A stretch of DNA of 64,000 nucleotides from Candidatus Limnocylindrales bacterium (GTDB lineage Bacteria; Chloroflexota; Limnocylindria; Limnocylindrales; CSP1-4): contig JBPPMZ010000086.1 in assembly GCA_051306295.1 (NCBI GenBank), positions 13,015 through 77,014 of the forward strand, given 5' to 3'. The notes under the pieces are model-generated. The model was not told the origin of the DNA, made no database searches, and worked only from the letters and a program-made list of their open reading frames with translations. Below are positions 1-10,241 of the stretch, in pieces (the stretch's first letter is position 1; the number at the start of each line of letters is the position of its first letter). The position numbers and the translations under genes were made by a program.

Positions 1-435
1 AACGCGATGGGCGGCGTGCCGGGTCCCCTCGACTGTTTCCTCGTGCTGCGCGGACTACGCACGCTGCACCTGCGCGTCGAGCGCCACCAAGCGAACGCCA
101 CGGCCGTGGCCGCGTTCCTGCGTGAGCGTCCGGACGTGGCGTCCGTCAGCTATCCGGGGTTCGGGGGCATGGTGTCGTTCGTCCCGGCTGCCGTCGTCGG
201 CGGCCGGTCCGCCGCCGAGCGGGCCGTGGCCGTCGCCGAGGGCACGCACTGGTTCACCCTGGCCGAGTCCCTGGGCGGCGTCGAATCGCTGATCGAGGTG
301 CCCGCCGCGATGACCCACATGTCCGTCGCGGGGTCGACCCTCGAGATCGATCCGTCCCTCGTCCGGCTGTCGGTCGGCATCGAGGGCGTCGACGACCTCA
401 TCGACGACCTCCGCCAGGCGCTCGATCGCGCCTGA
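1..435 (+). CDS. Cys/Met metabolism PLP-dependent enzyme (cystathionine gamma-synthase/lyase family), C-terminal part; 5' end outside window
   Basis: RGLRTLHLR, GFGGMVSF, LAESLGGVESLIEVP and LVRLSVGIE motifs. Confidence 0.9.
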   Translation, partial: NAMGGVPGPLDCFLVLRGLRTLHLRVERHQANATAVAAFLRERPDVASVSYPGFGGMVSFVPAAVVGGRSAAERAVAVAEGTHWFTLAESLGGVESLIEVPAAMTHMSVAGSTLEIDPSLVRLSVGIEGVDDLIDDLRQALDRA

Positions 436-442
436 CGGGCGA

Positions 443-646
443 TCAGGGACGGGAGGGCCCGGTGAGCCGCTGCCGCAGGCCGTGGAAGAGGAGCGCGCGA
501 CGACGGGCGTCGGGGTCCGGCTCCGGGGCGGCGGGCAGCGGCGGGCAGTCCGGTCGTGCGTACATGGCGCGCCGCTCGGCCTCGACATCGTTGGAGTTGG
601 CCAGGTGGCGGACCTGGAGGATGAAGAGCAGTCCCTGGGATGGCAT
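443..646 (-). CDS. Small hypothetical protein (67 aa, MPSQGLLFILQVRH...)
   Basis: ATG preceded by GAGGA; fills the gap downstream of the ThrC-like gene; no family recognised. Confidence 0.4.
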   Translation of the reverse strand: MPSQGLLFILQVRHLANSNDVEAERRAMYARPDCPPLPAAPEPDPDARRRALLFHGLRQRLTGPSRP

Positions 647-764
647 CGGTCGGTCCTCGACTGGGCGTCGATCACGTCGATCGACCTGACCCGCATGGTC
701 GGCCCGCTGCCTCGCCATGCCATCGGGCGGCTCCTTATCGCCGACCTCGCGACGTCCTCAATCC

Positions 765-2099
765 TTACGAGCGCTGCTCCAGCCACGCCTCGAAGGCGCT
801 GAACGACGCGGGCAGGACCGGCGCCAGGCCGGGCGCACGCTCACCGTCGCCCGACGCCGAGGTCCCGAACGACCGGGCGTCCGGGGTCTTGAGGCCGTTG
901 CCCGTCAGGAGCGCGACGACCTCGTCGCCCGGCCGGATGACGCCCCGACGGCGCGCCGCCGCGACGGCGCCCAGGGTCACGCCCCCGGCCGTCTCCGGAT
1001 AGAGGCCCTCGAGCCGCGCAACGTCTCGGATGGCGGTCGCGGTGTCGATGTCCTCGATCGCTTCGATCGACCCGCCGCTCGCGCGCGCCAGCTCGAGGGC
1101 ATACCCGCCGTCAGCCGGATTGCCGATGGCCAGGGAGCGGACGATCGTGTCGGGCTCGCGAACCGGGACGATCACGTCCGTCCCGTCGGCGAACGCCGTC
1201 GCGACCGGCGCGCAGCCGGCTGCCTGACCGCCGACGAAGCGGATCGGGCGGCGCTCGATGAGGCCGAGCTCGGCGAGTTCCTCGAAGCCGCGGGCGACTC
1301 GTGTGAACATGGCGCCGCTGGCGACCGGCCCCACGATGACGTCCGGCGAGCGCCAGCCGAGAGACTCCGCGATCTCATACGCTAGCGTCTTGGAGCCTTC
1401 GGCGTAGAACGGGCGGAGGTTGATGTTGACGAAGCCCCAGCCCGTCTCGTCGGCGACCTCCAGGCACAGGCGGTTGACGTCGTCGTAGGTGCCGTCGATC
1501 GGGATGACCGTGGCGCCGTAGGCCAGCGCATGCTCGACCTTCGCGGGTTCCAGGTCGGCCGGGATGAACACGTAGGCGGGCAGGCCGACCGCGGCCGCGG
1601 CGGCGGCCGTGGCGCCCGCGAGGTTGCCGGTCGAGGCACAGGCCAGGGCCGGCACGCCGAATTCGACGGCGCGCGCGACGGCCATCGCCACGGCCCGGTC
1701 CTTGAACGAGAGGGTCGGGTTGCGCGTGTCGTCCTTGAGCCACAGTCGATCGACGCCGAGCGTCGGGGCCAGTCGATCGGCAGCCAGGAGCGGGGTCGAG
1801 CCGACCGGCAGCGACCGCGCCGGCGCCGCGTCGACGGGGAGCAGTTCCAGGTAGCGCCAGATCCCGGCCGGTCGCGACGCGATGGCCGCACGCGTGAATG
1901 TCCGCGCGGCCACGGCCAGGTCGTAGGTGACCTCGAGTGGGCCGAAGCAGGCCGGACAGACGTACGACAGGCCGATCACCTGCGTCTGCCCGCAGTTCCG
2001 ACAGGCCATGCCCGTGACGCGCGGCCGCAACGCGTCAGCGGCGGCGGACGGCGTGTACCCGAGCCGGTCGGGCGGAGCGTGCAGGGTCGGGGCGGTCAT
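765..2099 (-). CDS. thrC: Threonine synthase family PLP enzyme with N-terminal Zn-ribbon
   Basis: CRNC...CPAC, NPTLSFKDR (PLP Lys), CASTGNLA and LTGNGLK motifs. Confidence 0.85.
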   Translation of the reverse strand: MTAPTLHAPPDRLGYTPSAAADALRPRVTGMACRNCGQTQVIGLSYVCPACFGPLEVTYDLAVAARTFTRAAIASRPAGIWRYLELLPVDAAPARSLPVGSTPLLAADRLAPTLGVDRLWLKDDTRNPTLSFKDRAVAMAVARAVEFGVPALACASTGNLAGATAAAAAAVGLPAYVFIPADLEPAKVEHALAYGATVIPIDGTYDDVNRLCLEVADETGWGFVNINLRPFYAEGSKTLAYEIAESLGWRSPDVIVGPVASGAMFTRVARGFEELAELGLIERRPIRFVGGQAAGCAPVATAFADGTDVIVPVREPDTIVRSLAIGNPADGGYALELARASGGSIEAIEDIDTATAIRDVARLEGLYPETAGGVTLGAVAAARRRGVIRPGDEVVALLTGNGLKTPDARSFGTSASGDGERAPGLAPVLPASFSAFEAWLEQRS

Positions 2100-2187
2100 G
2101 TCGGTCGATCTCCAGGTCGCGGATCGATGCGGACGAGACCGGCATGGATGGGCAGGGACCCTGGTCGATCGGTGGGCTCCGGAGAGA

Positions 2188-2295
2188 CCCGTATCGCGCA
2201 GGCTTGCCTGCCCGGACTTGGCACCTTGCCGACGTCGCGTCGGTAGGTTGTCGTGGCGTCAACGGGCCGGTCCCTCAGCCATCTCTTGATACGAA
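2188..2295 (-). ncRNA. SAM-I (S-box) family riboswitch upstream of the ThrC-like gene
   Basis: Minus strand reads cgtATCAAGAG..GAGGGAccGGCCC..CAACC..AGGTGCCAAgTCC..GATacg, with P1 pairing CGTATC/GATACG. Confidence 0.88.
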
Positions 2296-2314
2296 CTCTT
2301 CGGTTGTGGGCCGC

Positions 2315-2343
2315 ATCCTACGAGCCCCACGGACTGGCGTCAA
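2315..2343 (-). promoter_or_regulatory. Sigma70-type promoter for the riboswitch/thrC transcript
   Basis: TTGACG-17 nt-TAGGAT on the minus strand just upstream of the riboswitch. Confidence 0.7.
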
Positions 2344-2562
2344 ACCGCCGTTCCGACAGTCACCCGTCGCGTCGCGAGTGGCACCGTCCCGCAACGATAG
2401 TGAAACGTTCCCGAAAACGACCACACAACCACTGAGGACGGATACAATCCCCGCAGTCCCCGACTGTGGAAGCCGACTTCTGCGGGCCCTCGCCTGCATC
2501 ACGCGCGGCCGGTCGATCAGATCCGTGATCGTCCGTGCCCCGAGCGCAAGGAGTCGACGCCG

Positions 2563-4197
2563 ATGGCCGCAACGCTTCCACCTCGATCGGCAGCTGCTTC
2601 GGCACCCGCCGCCCCTGTGTCCGGGCAGGCGTTCGGCCGCGGCGTCCGCGTGAACCTGTCCACCGCGGAGCTGGTCGAGGCCGCCATCCGCGCCGGCGAA
2701 GGTGTCCTCGCCGCCGATGGGCCGCTGGTCGTCCGGACCGGCAAGCACACCGGTCGATCGCCCCAGGACAAGTTCATCGTCGACGAGCCCGCGAGCCACG
2801 ACAAGATCTGGTGGGGCCCCGTCAACCGGCCGATCGCGGAGGCCGACTACGAGCGCCTGCGGGCGCGTCTCATCGACTACTGCGCCGAGCGCGACCTGTA
2901 CGCCCAGGACTGCCTCATCGGCGCGGACCCGATCCACCAGCGGCGGCTGCGCGTCCTGACCGAGACTGCCTGGGCCAGCGTCTTCGCGCGCAACCTGTTC
3001 CGTCGCCCGACCGACGACCAGCTGAACGCCTTCCAGCCGAACTTCACGATCGTGTGCGTGCCGTCGTTCCAGGCCGATCCGGCGACCGAGGGCACCCGGA
3101 CCGGCACCGCCATCCTGCTCCACCTGCAGCGCATGGAGATCCTCATCGTCGGCACGGAATACGCCGGCGAGATCAAGAAGAGCGCCTTCACGGTGATGAA
3201 CTACCTCATGCCCGACGAAGGCGTGCTGCCGATGCACAGTTCCGTGAACGTCGGTCCGGCTGGCGACAGCGTGGTCTTCTTCGGTCTGTCGGGGACGGGC
3301 AAGACGACCCTGTCCGCGGACCCTGAGCGCAGCCTCATCGGCGACGACGAGCACGGCTGGGGCGAGCAGGGCCTGTTCAACTTCGAGGGCGGCTGCTATG
3401 CCAAGACCATCCGCCTCTCCCCGATGTACGAGCCCGACATCTTCCAGACCACGCGCCGCTTCGGCACGGTCCTGGAGAACGTGCCCGTCGATCCGGTGAC
3501 GCGCGCGTTGGACCTGGACAGCGAGGCGTTCACGGAGAACACCCGAGGCGCATATCCCCTGCACTTCATCGGCAATGCCGACCCGACCGGGATGACCGTC
3601 CAGCCGAAGACCGTGGTCCTGCTGACGGCTGACGCGTTCGGGGTGCTGCCGCCGATCGCGCGCCTGACCCATGACCAGGCGGCGTACCACTTCATCAGTG
3701 GCTACACGGCGAAGCTCGCCGGCACGGAAGTCGGGGTCAAGGAGCCGAGCGCCACCTTCTCGACCTGCTTCGGGGCGCCGTTCATGCCTCGCCACCCCGG
3801 CGAGTACGCGGCGATGCTCACCGAGCGGCTGGCCGCCCAGGACGCGACCGTGTGGCTGGTGAACACCGGCTGGACGGGTGGGCCGTATGGCACCGGGGAG
3901 CGGATGAACATCGCGCACACCCGGGCGATGGTCCGGGCGGCGCTCGACGGCCGCCTCGCCGACGTCCCGATGCGCCGTGATCCGATCTTCGACATCGATG
4001 TGCCGACGACGTGCCCGGACGTGCCGGCAAGTTTCCTGGACCCGCGCGCGACCTGGCCGGATGCCGCAGCCTACGACGCGGCCGCTCAGCGCCTGGCGGC
4101 GATGTTCGCCGACAACTTCGCGGGCTACGCCGACGGTGTCGGCGAGTCCATCCGGGCCGCTGGACCCAATGCCGCCGGACCGATGGCCGGCGGCTGA
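2563..4197 (+). CDS. pckA: Phosphoenolpyruvate carboxykinase (ATP)
   Basis: TGRSPQDK, YAGEIKK, GLSGTGKTTLS, LIGDDEHGW, NFEGGCYAK and ENTRGAYP motifs. Confidence 0.97.
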   Translation: MAATLPPRSAAASAPAAPVSGQAFGRGVRVNLSTAELVEAAIRAGEGVLAADGPLVVRTGKHTGRSPQDKFIVDEPASHDKIWWGPVNRPIAEADYERLRARLIDYCAERDLYAQDCLIGADPIHQRRLRVLTETAWASVFARNLFRRPTDDQLNAFQPNFTIVCVPSFQADPATEGTRTGTAILLHLQRMEILIVGTEYAGEIKKSAFTVMNYLMPDEGVLPMHSSVNVGPAGDSVVFFGLSGTGKTTLSADPERSLIGDDEHGWGEQGLFNFEGGCYAKTIRLSPMYEPDIFQTTRRFGTVLENVPVDPVTRALDLDSEAFTENTRGAYPLHFIGNADPTGMTVQPKTVVLLTADAFGVLPPIARLTHDQAAYHFISGYTAKLAGTEVGVKEPSATFSTCFGAPFMPRHPGEYAAMLTERLAAQDATVWLVNTGWTGGPYGTGERMNIAHTRAMVRAALDGRLADVPMRRDPIFDIDVPTTCPDVPASFLDPRATWPDAAAYDAAAQRLAAMFADNFAGYADGVGESIRAAGPNAAGPMAGG

Positions 4198-4206
4198 GGC
4201 CGGAGG

Positions 4207-4344
4207 TCAGCGACGAACGAACCGACGCTCCTCGGGATCGACGGCGAACCCGGCCACGGCCAGGCCCAGTGCAGAGACCAGGCCAAGCGCCAGGGTCACC
4301 GGCATGACGACCACGATGACGAGCGCGATGAGTTCGCCGATCAT
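4207..4344 (-). CDS. Small membrane protein (45 aa)
   Basis: MIGELIALVIVVVMPVTLALGLVSALG...; ATGA overlap with the upstream small ORF. Confidence 0.45.
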   Translation of the reverse strand: MIGELIALVIVVVMPVTLALGLVSALGLAVAGFAVDPEERRFVRR

Positions 4345-4502
4345 GCGGCAGCGCTCCGGGGTTCGTCCGACCAGCCCGCGGACACGTGGCGCCAGCCCCG
4401 GAACGCGACGATCACGCCCAGCGCCAGCGGCGCGAGCATGAGCCCGAACGGGATGGCGACGATGACCAGGAGGATGCCGATCAGGGTGGCGGTGGCAGAC
4501 AT
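4341..4502 (-). CDS. Small membrane protein (53 aa)
   Basis: MSATATLIGILLVIVAIPFGLMLAPLALG...; hydrophobic, GC3-rich codons. Confidence 0.45.
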   Translation of the reverse strand: MSATATLIGILLVIVAIPFGLMLAPLALGVIVAFRGWRHVSAGWSDEPRSAAA

Positions 4503-4586
4503 CGTCACTCGCCCGCGGTGCGGCCGGCGGCCACGCCGAGCAGGCCGGCGGCCAGGACCGCGACCAGGCCGAGAACGACGACCTAG

Positions 4587-5555
<969 letters not shown>

Positions 5556-5859
5556 CGGGGTCCGCCTGACGCGACAGCGCGACTCCGGTGCGCTTTGCGG
5601 TGCGGCTGTGCACCGATGCGCCTGCCGTGCCGTCGATCGCGCACGGACACCTGGTTGACCCGCCGCCACATGCGGTAGTAGGGTCGCCACACGACCGAGT
5701 CGACCACGCGCCACCCCGTTTCGGTGGCGCGTGTCTCGTTCACCAGATCCTCCGCCCCGGTGCTGGGAGGCCCGCCGGCGGATGCCCCTCGCGCGCACCC
5801 CATGAGTGGAGACCGGGTATCGCTCGATGCCGGCTGCGACCGGCGTCCAGGAGGAACCA

Positions 5860-8800
5860 TTGGACCGTCGAACCGTGTTCGCCATGCTCGGCGCTGCGGC
5901 GCTGCTTGGCACCCTGCTCCCGACCGCCATCGCGGCCGGACCCAAGACCAAGGACCGGGCCGTCCGGCCACTCCCTGACGTCGTCAGCGAGTTGCGCCTG
6001 GAGACGTCCGTCACCCGAGCCCGCGACTACGGCAGCCTGAAGCTGGAGCGCGCCCTGCAGGGCGCGACCGGACCGCAGGATGTCGTCATCCGCCTCAAGA
6101 CCGCGCCGACCGCGCGCATCAAGGGAGCCGCCGGCCAGCGCGCCCAGGCGACCAAGGTGAAGACCCAGCAGCAGGGCTTCGAAGCCCGCGCGAAGAAGAT
6201 CGATCGGTCGTTCACGGTCCTGGCCCGCACGACGGTCAGCCTCAACGCCGTCGTGGCCCGGGTGAACGGCAAGCAGCTGGCGAAGCTCGCCACCGACCCG
6301 TCCGTGGCGTCCATCCGCAAGGTCCGCGACTACCAGCTGGACCTGTCGGAGACGGTGCCGTACATCGGCGGCACGGCCGTCCAGGGTCTGGGGGTGACCG
6401 GTGAGGGCATCACCGTGGCGGTCCTGGACTCCGGGATCGACTACACCCACAAGGACCTCGGCGGGCCGGGCACGCTACTTGCCTACAAGAACGCGTACGG
6501 CGTCAAGACCAAGGACACCAAGAACACCAAGATCAACGACGCCTACAAGGGCAAGAAGCTCTTCCCGACGGCCAAGGTCATCGGCGGCTACGACTTCGTC
6601 GGCGAATCCTGGCCGGACGGGGCGCTGGCGCCGGACCCGGACCCCATCGATTGCGGTGGACCGGTCGTCATCGGCGGCTGCGACGGCGGTCACGGGACGC
6701 ACGTCGCGGACATCATCGCGGGCACGCTGGGCGTGGCCCCGGATGCCACCCTGCTAGCCATCAAGGTCTGCTCGGCGGTCGCGACCTCCTGCAGCGGGAT
6801 CGCCCTCCTGCAGGGCATGGACTTCGCGCTGGATCCCAACCAGGACGGCGTCACGACCGACCATGCCGACGTGATCAACATGTCCCTTGGCAGCGACTAC
6901 GGCCAGCCTGGTGACGACGACCTCGTCGCCGCGGTCGAATCGGCCACCGCGGCCGGCGTCCTGACCGTCGCATCGGCCGGCAACGGCAGCGACAAGCCGT
7001 ACATCGCGGGGACCCCGGCCTCCGCGCCGACGGCGCTGTCCGTCGCCCAGACGTCCGTCCCCTCCGACGAGGGCTTCGCGATGCGCATCGATGCGCCCGC
7101 GGCCATCGCAGGCAACTACGAGGCTGTCTTCCAGCCGTGGTCCACGCCCCTCACGAGCGTCATCTCGGGCGGCGTCCAGTACGGCGACGGCATCGGGGGC
7201 AACCTCGACGGTTGCGCCGCCTTCCCAGCCGGTTCGCTGGCGGGCAAGATCGTCTTCGTCGATCGCGGCGCGTGCAACTTCACGCTCAAGATCTCGAACA
7301 TCGGGGTCGCCGGCGGCAAGCTCGGGATCATCGGCATGATCGCCCCGGGAGACCCGTTCACCGGCGGCGACGGCGGCGACCGGCCGCTCGACATCCCGGG
7401 CTACATGGTCAGCCAGTCGGTCGGCAACCGATTCCGCGCCAACATCGCGACCATCCAGGTCACGTTCGATCCGGCCAACAGCATCCCGCTCGTCGGGGTG
7501 ATGGTCGGCTCGTCGTCGCGCGGTCCATCGATGGACATCAACCAGATCAAGCCGGAGATCGGGGCGCCCGGCGCGTCCATCTCCGCCGAGGTCGGCACGG
7601 CCACGGAGCGGACCGGATTCGGCGGCACGTCGGGCGCGGCCCCGATGGTCTCGGGTTCCGCGGCGCTCCTGCGTTCGGCCTTCCCAGGCAGGACCCCGCT
7701 CGAGATCAAGGCCGTGCTCATCAACACGGCTGAGACCGACATCCTCAACAAGCCGGAGCTCTTCGGCGGCGCCATCGCCCCGATCACCCGGATCGGCGGT
7801 GGCGAGGTCCGCGTCGACCGAGCCTATGCGTCCAAGGCCGCGGCCTGGGACAAGAACGCGCCGTCGGCGGCCCTCTCGTTCGGCTTCCACGACATCACCG
7901 AGGCGACCACCACGCTCACGCGCACGGTCGTCGTGAAGAACTACTCGTCCTCGTCCATCACGTACGGCATCACGCCCGACTTCCGCTTCGCGGGCGACGC
8001 GGCGTCCGGCGCCATCGATATCTCCGCCCCGGCGACCGTCACCGTCCCCGCATCGGGCACGGCCGAGTTCGTCGTGACCATGACCATCCATGCCGACGCC
8101 CTGCCGGGCTGGGGCATGGACTCCGGCGGCAATGGCGCCTCGGCGGCCCGCCTCACGGCGGCCGAATTCGACGGCTACGTGTGGCTGGATGACCAGTCCA
8201 CGGCCGCCGACGATGCCGATCCGCTGCACCTGCCCTGGCAAGTCCTGCCGCGTCCCGCCGCGGACGTGGCCCTCTCCGCCCCGACGGTCGCTGGCAACAG
8301 CGCCATCGACATCGCGAACCCGTCGGCCAACGACGCGTTCGTCGAGGCCTACTCGCTCATCGCCACCAGCCCGGATGACCCCGACAGCGGACCGGGCGAC
8401 GCCCTGGCCGATGTCGACCTGCGGGCCCTTGGGGTCCAGACTTTCCCGGTCCCGGCCGGCTTCTGCTCTGCCGACGCGTCCTTCGTGCTGGCCCTCGCGG
8501 TCAACACCTGGGATCGCCAGACGCACGCGGTCGCCCCAGCGTTCTTCGAGTGGGACCTGGATACCAACGGTGACGGCGCGGTGGACTACGCGGTCTACAA
8601 CGCCGATGCCAGCGGTCTCGGCAACGTCTCGGACGGACGCAACCTCGTCAATGTCCTGGACGTGGCCGCCGAGACCGAGACGGCGTTCTTCTTCACCGAT
8701 CACCGGACCAACAGCGCGAACACCGTGCTGTACCTGTGCGGTGAGCAGATCGGGATGAACGCCGCCGACTTCTTCACCCCGATCACAGCCACGGTCTACG

Positions 8801-9051
8801 CCGTGGACTACTACCAGAGCGGCACGGAGCGTGATGTCGTCGAGGACATCGCATTCAGCCCGCTCGGCGAGCGCTATCTCGGGTATGTCGATGGTTCCCC
8901 GGCCGGCGGGCCGGTCGGTGCCGGCGACAGTGCCGAGCTGTATGTCCAGGACTTCGGTCCGGCCGGGACCAACCCGGGCGAGACTGGCCTGCTCCTGCGG
9001 GTCATCGATGGCCCGGAGGACAACGAGGCGATCCTGCTGCCCGTCGACTGA
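5860..9051 (+). CDS. Secreted S8 (subtilisin-like) serine peptidase with PA domain and C-terminal extension
   Basis: VLDSG, HGTHVA and GTSGAAP triad; DRGACNF PA domain; probable TTG start after GAGGA giving signal peptide MDRRTVFAMLGAAALLG. Confidence 0.92.
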   Translation: MDRRTVFAMLGAAALLGTLLPTAIAAGPKTKDRAVRPLPDVVSELRLETSVTRARDYGSLKLERALQGATGPQDVVIRLKTAPTARIKGAAGQRAQATKVKTQQQGFEARAKKIDRSFTVLARTTVSLNAVVARVNGKQLAKLATDPSVASIRKVRDYQLDLSETVPYIGGTAVQGLGVTGEGITVAVLDSGIDYTHKDLGGPGTLLAYKNAYGVKTKDTKNTKINDAYKGKKLFPTAKVIGGYDFVGESWPDGALAPDPDPIDCGGPVVIGGCDGGHGTHVADIIAGTLGVAPDATLLAIKVCSAVATSCSGIALLQGMDFALDPNQDGVTTDHADVINMSLGSDYGQPGDDDLVAAVESATAAGVLTVASAGNGSDKPYIAGTPASAPTALSVAQTSVPSDEGFAMRIDAPAAIAGNYEAVFQPWSTPLTSVISGGVQYGDGIGGNLDGCAAFPAGSLAGKIVFVDRGACNFTLKISNIGVAGGKLGIIGMIAPGDPFTGGDGGDRPLDIPGYMVSQSVGNRFRANIATIQVTFDPANSIPLVGVMVGSSSRGPSMDINQIKPEIGAPGASISAEVGTATERTGFGGTSGAAPMVSGSAALLRSAFPGRTPLEIKAVLINTAETDILNKPELFGGAIAPITRIGGGEVRVDRAYASKAAAWDKNAPSAALSFGFHDITEATTTLTRTVVVKNYSSSSITYGITPDFRFAGDAASGAIDISAPATVTVPASGTAEFVVTMTIHADALPGWGMDSGGNGASAARLTAAEFDGYVWLDDQSTAADDADPLHLPWQVLPRPAADVALSAPTVAGNSAIDIANPSANDAFVEAYSLIATSPDDPDSGPGDALADVDLRALGVQTFPVPAGFCSADASFVLALAVNTWDRQTHAVAPAFFEWDLDTNGDGAVDYAVYNADASGLGNVSDGRNLVNVLDVAAETETAFFFTDHRTNSANTVLYLCGEQIGMNAADFFTPITATVYAVDYYQSGTERDVVEDIAFSPLGERYLGYVDGSPAGGPVGAGDSAELYVQDFGPAGTNPGETGLLLRVIDGPEDNEAILLPVD

Positions 9052-9081
9052 TCGGCTTCGCCGATCCTCAGCGGCAACGAC

Positions 9082-9112
9082 GAACGCCCCGGTCGCGATG
9101 ACCGGGGCGTTC
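9082..9112. terminator. Hairpin terminator between convergent genes
   Basis: GAACGCCCCGGTC-gcgat-GACCGGGGCGTTC, perfect 13-bp stem. Confidence 0.75.
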
Positions 9113-9193
9113 GAGCGTCCGGGTGGGTCGATGCCGGGCGGGAGGAGCGCCGGCGCCGGACGGGGGAGGGACGACTGGCGGTAGCCGGTTCGC

Positions 9194-10006
9194 TCAGCGG
9201 CTCATCACCGCCAGCGGCCGACGGGGCGGCGCGTCCATGAGCTCGGCCCGCGCGCGCGATCGCTGGACGGCACGGCTGAGGGCCAGGCGGTAGGTCGCGT
9301 CGGTCTCGGGCAGCGGGACCTCGCCGAGCTCGCGGGCCAGGATCTCGCTGACGCGGCGGTACTGGCGGACGACCTGTGAGCGCGTCCCGACCTGGCCGTG
9401 CACCGCGATGAGCACGGCGTGCGCCTCCTCGCGGAGCGGATCCCGGATGACGAGCCGCTCGGCGGCAAGGCGCGCTCCGTTGACGTCGCCGACGGCCAGG
9501 CGGGCGGCCGCCACGGTGGCCAGGGCATCCTCGAATCGGTCGGCCAGCCGCTCGCGCTCGGCGCAGAAGCAGTCGTGGCCCAGGCCCTCCGCGAGGTCGC
9601 CGCCGTACAGGGCGACGGCTCGCTCGGGTCCGCAAGTCGGGTCATCGGTGCAGCGCTCGAAGGCATCCACATCCAGGGCAGAGATCGCGTGCGGGCGCAG
9701 CCCGAGCGATTCCGCGTCGGCCTCCAGGATGTCATCGGGATCGGTGCCCGCAGCCGCCAGGGCCTGGCGGAGCTGGTAGAGGGCCTGGCGCAGCGGCCCG
9801 GTAGAGATCGCCGCGGAGTCCGGCCAGAGGTCGGCCGCGATGGCCTCTCGGGTCCGTGGTCGGCGGGTCAGGGCCAGCAGGGTCACAAGCGCCTGCGCAT
9901 GGCGGCCCAGCAGGCGGACGTCGGAGCCCGCGGTCGTCCGGATCGAGACCCGGCCCAATAGGTCGATCCGCAGGCGCGCGTCGGTCGGCGCGATCCGTTC
10001 CGTCAC
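9194..10006 (-). CDS. SARP/BTAD-domain transcriptional regulator (stand-alone)
   Basis: LRIDLLG, REAIAADLWPD, LRQALYQLR, AVALYGGDL and DPLREEAH motifs; start codon uncertain. Confidence 0.85.
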   Translation of the reverse strand: MTERIAPTDARLRIDLLGRVSIRTTAGSDVRLLGRHAQALVTLLALTRRPRTREAIAADLWPDSAAISTGPLRQALYQLRQALAAAGTDPDDILEADAESLGLRPHAISALDVDAFERCTDDPTCGPERAVALYGGDLAEGLGHDCFCAERERLADRFEDALATVAAARLAVGDVNGARLAAERLVIRDPLREEAHAVLIAVHGQVGTRSQVVRQYRRVSEILARELGEVPLPETDATYRLALSRAVQRSRARAELMDAPPRRPLAVMSR

Positions 10007-10241
10007 AGCGTCCCCTGATGGCGCGGCGTCCGGCCCGTCCCCCCATGGGCCGGACGCCGGGTCGGCCGTCGTGCGGCCCCCAGACCGTCCGACGCGCGTC
10101 CCCCCGACGACCGTCTGCGCCCCCGCGCAACCGGCCGGTTGACGGCCATCGTGTCGTGTGCGACACGCCCCGACCAACCGCCAGGCGACACCGGATGTGT
10201 CGGCCAGCCGACACCGGCGCCTTGGGTACACTGCCGGGACC

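Noticed and set aside
2398-2414. LacI/cre-like operator (TGAAACGTTCCC) upstream of pckA
   Set aside because: Only half-symmetric, single occurrence, and no cognate regulator nearby
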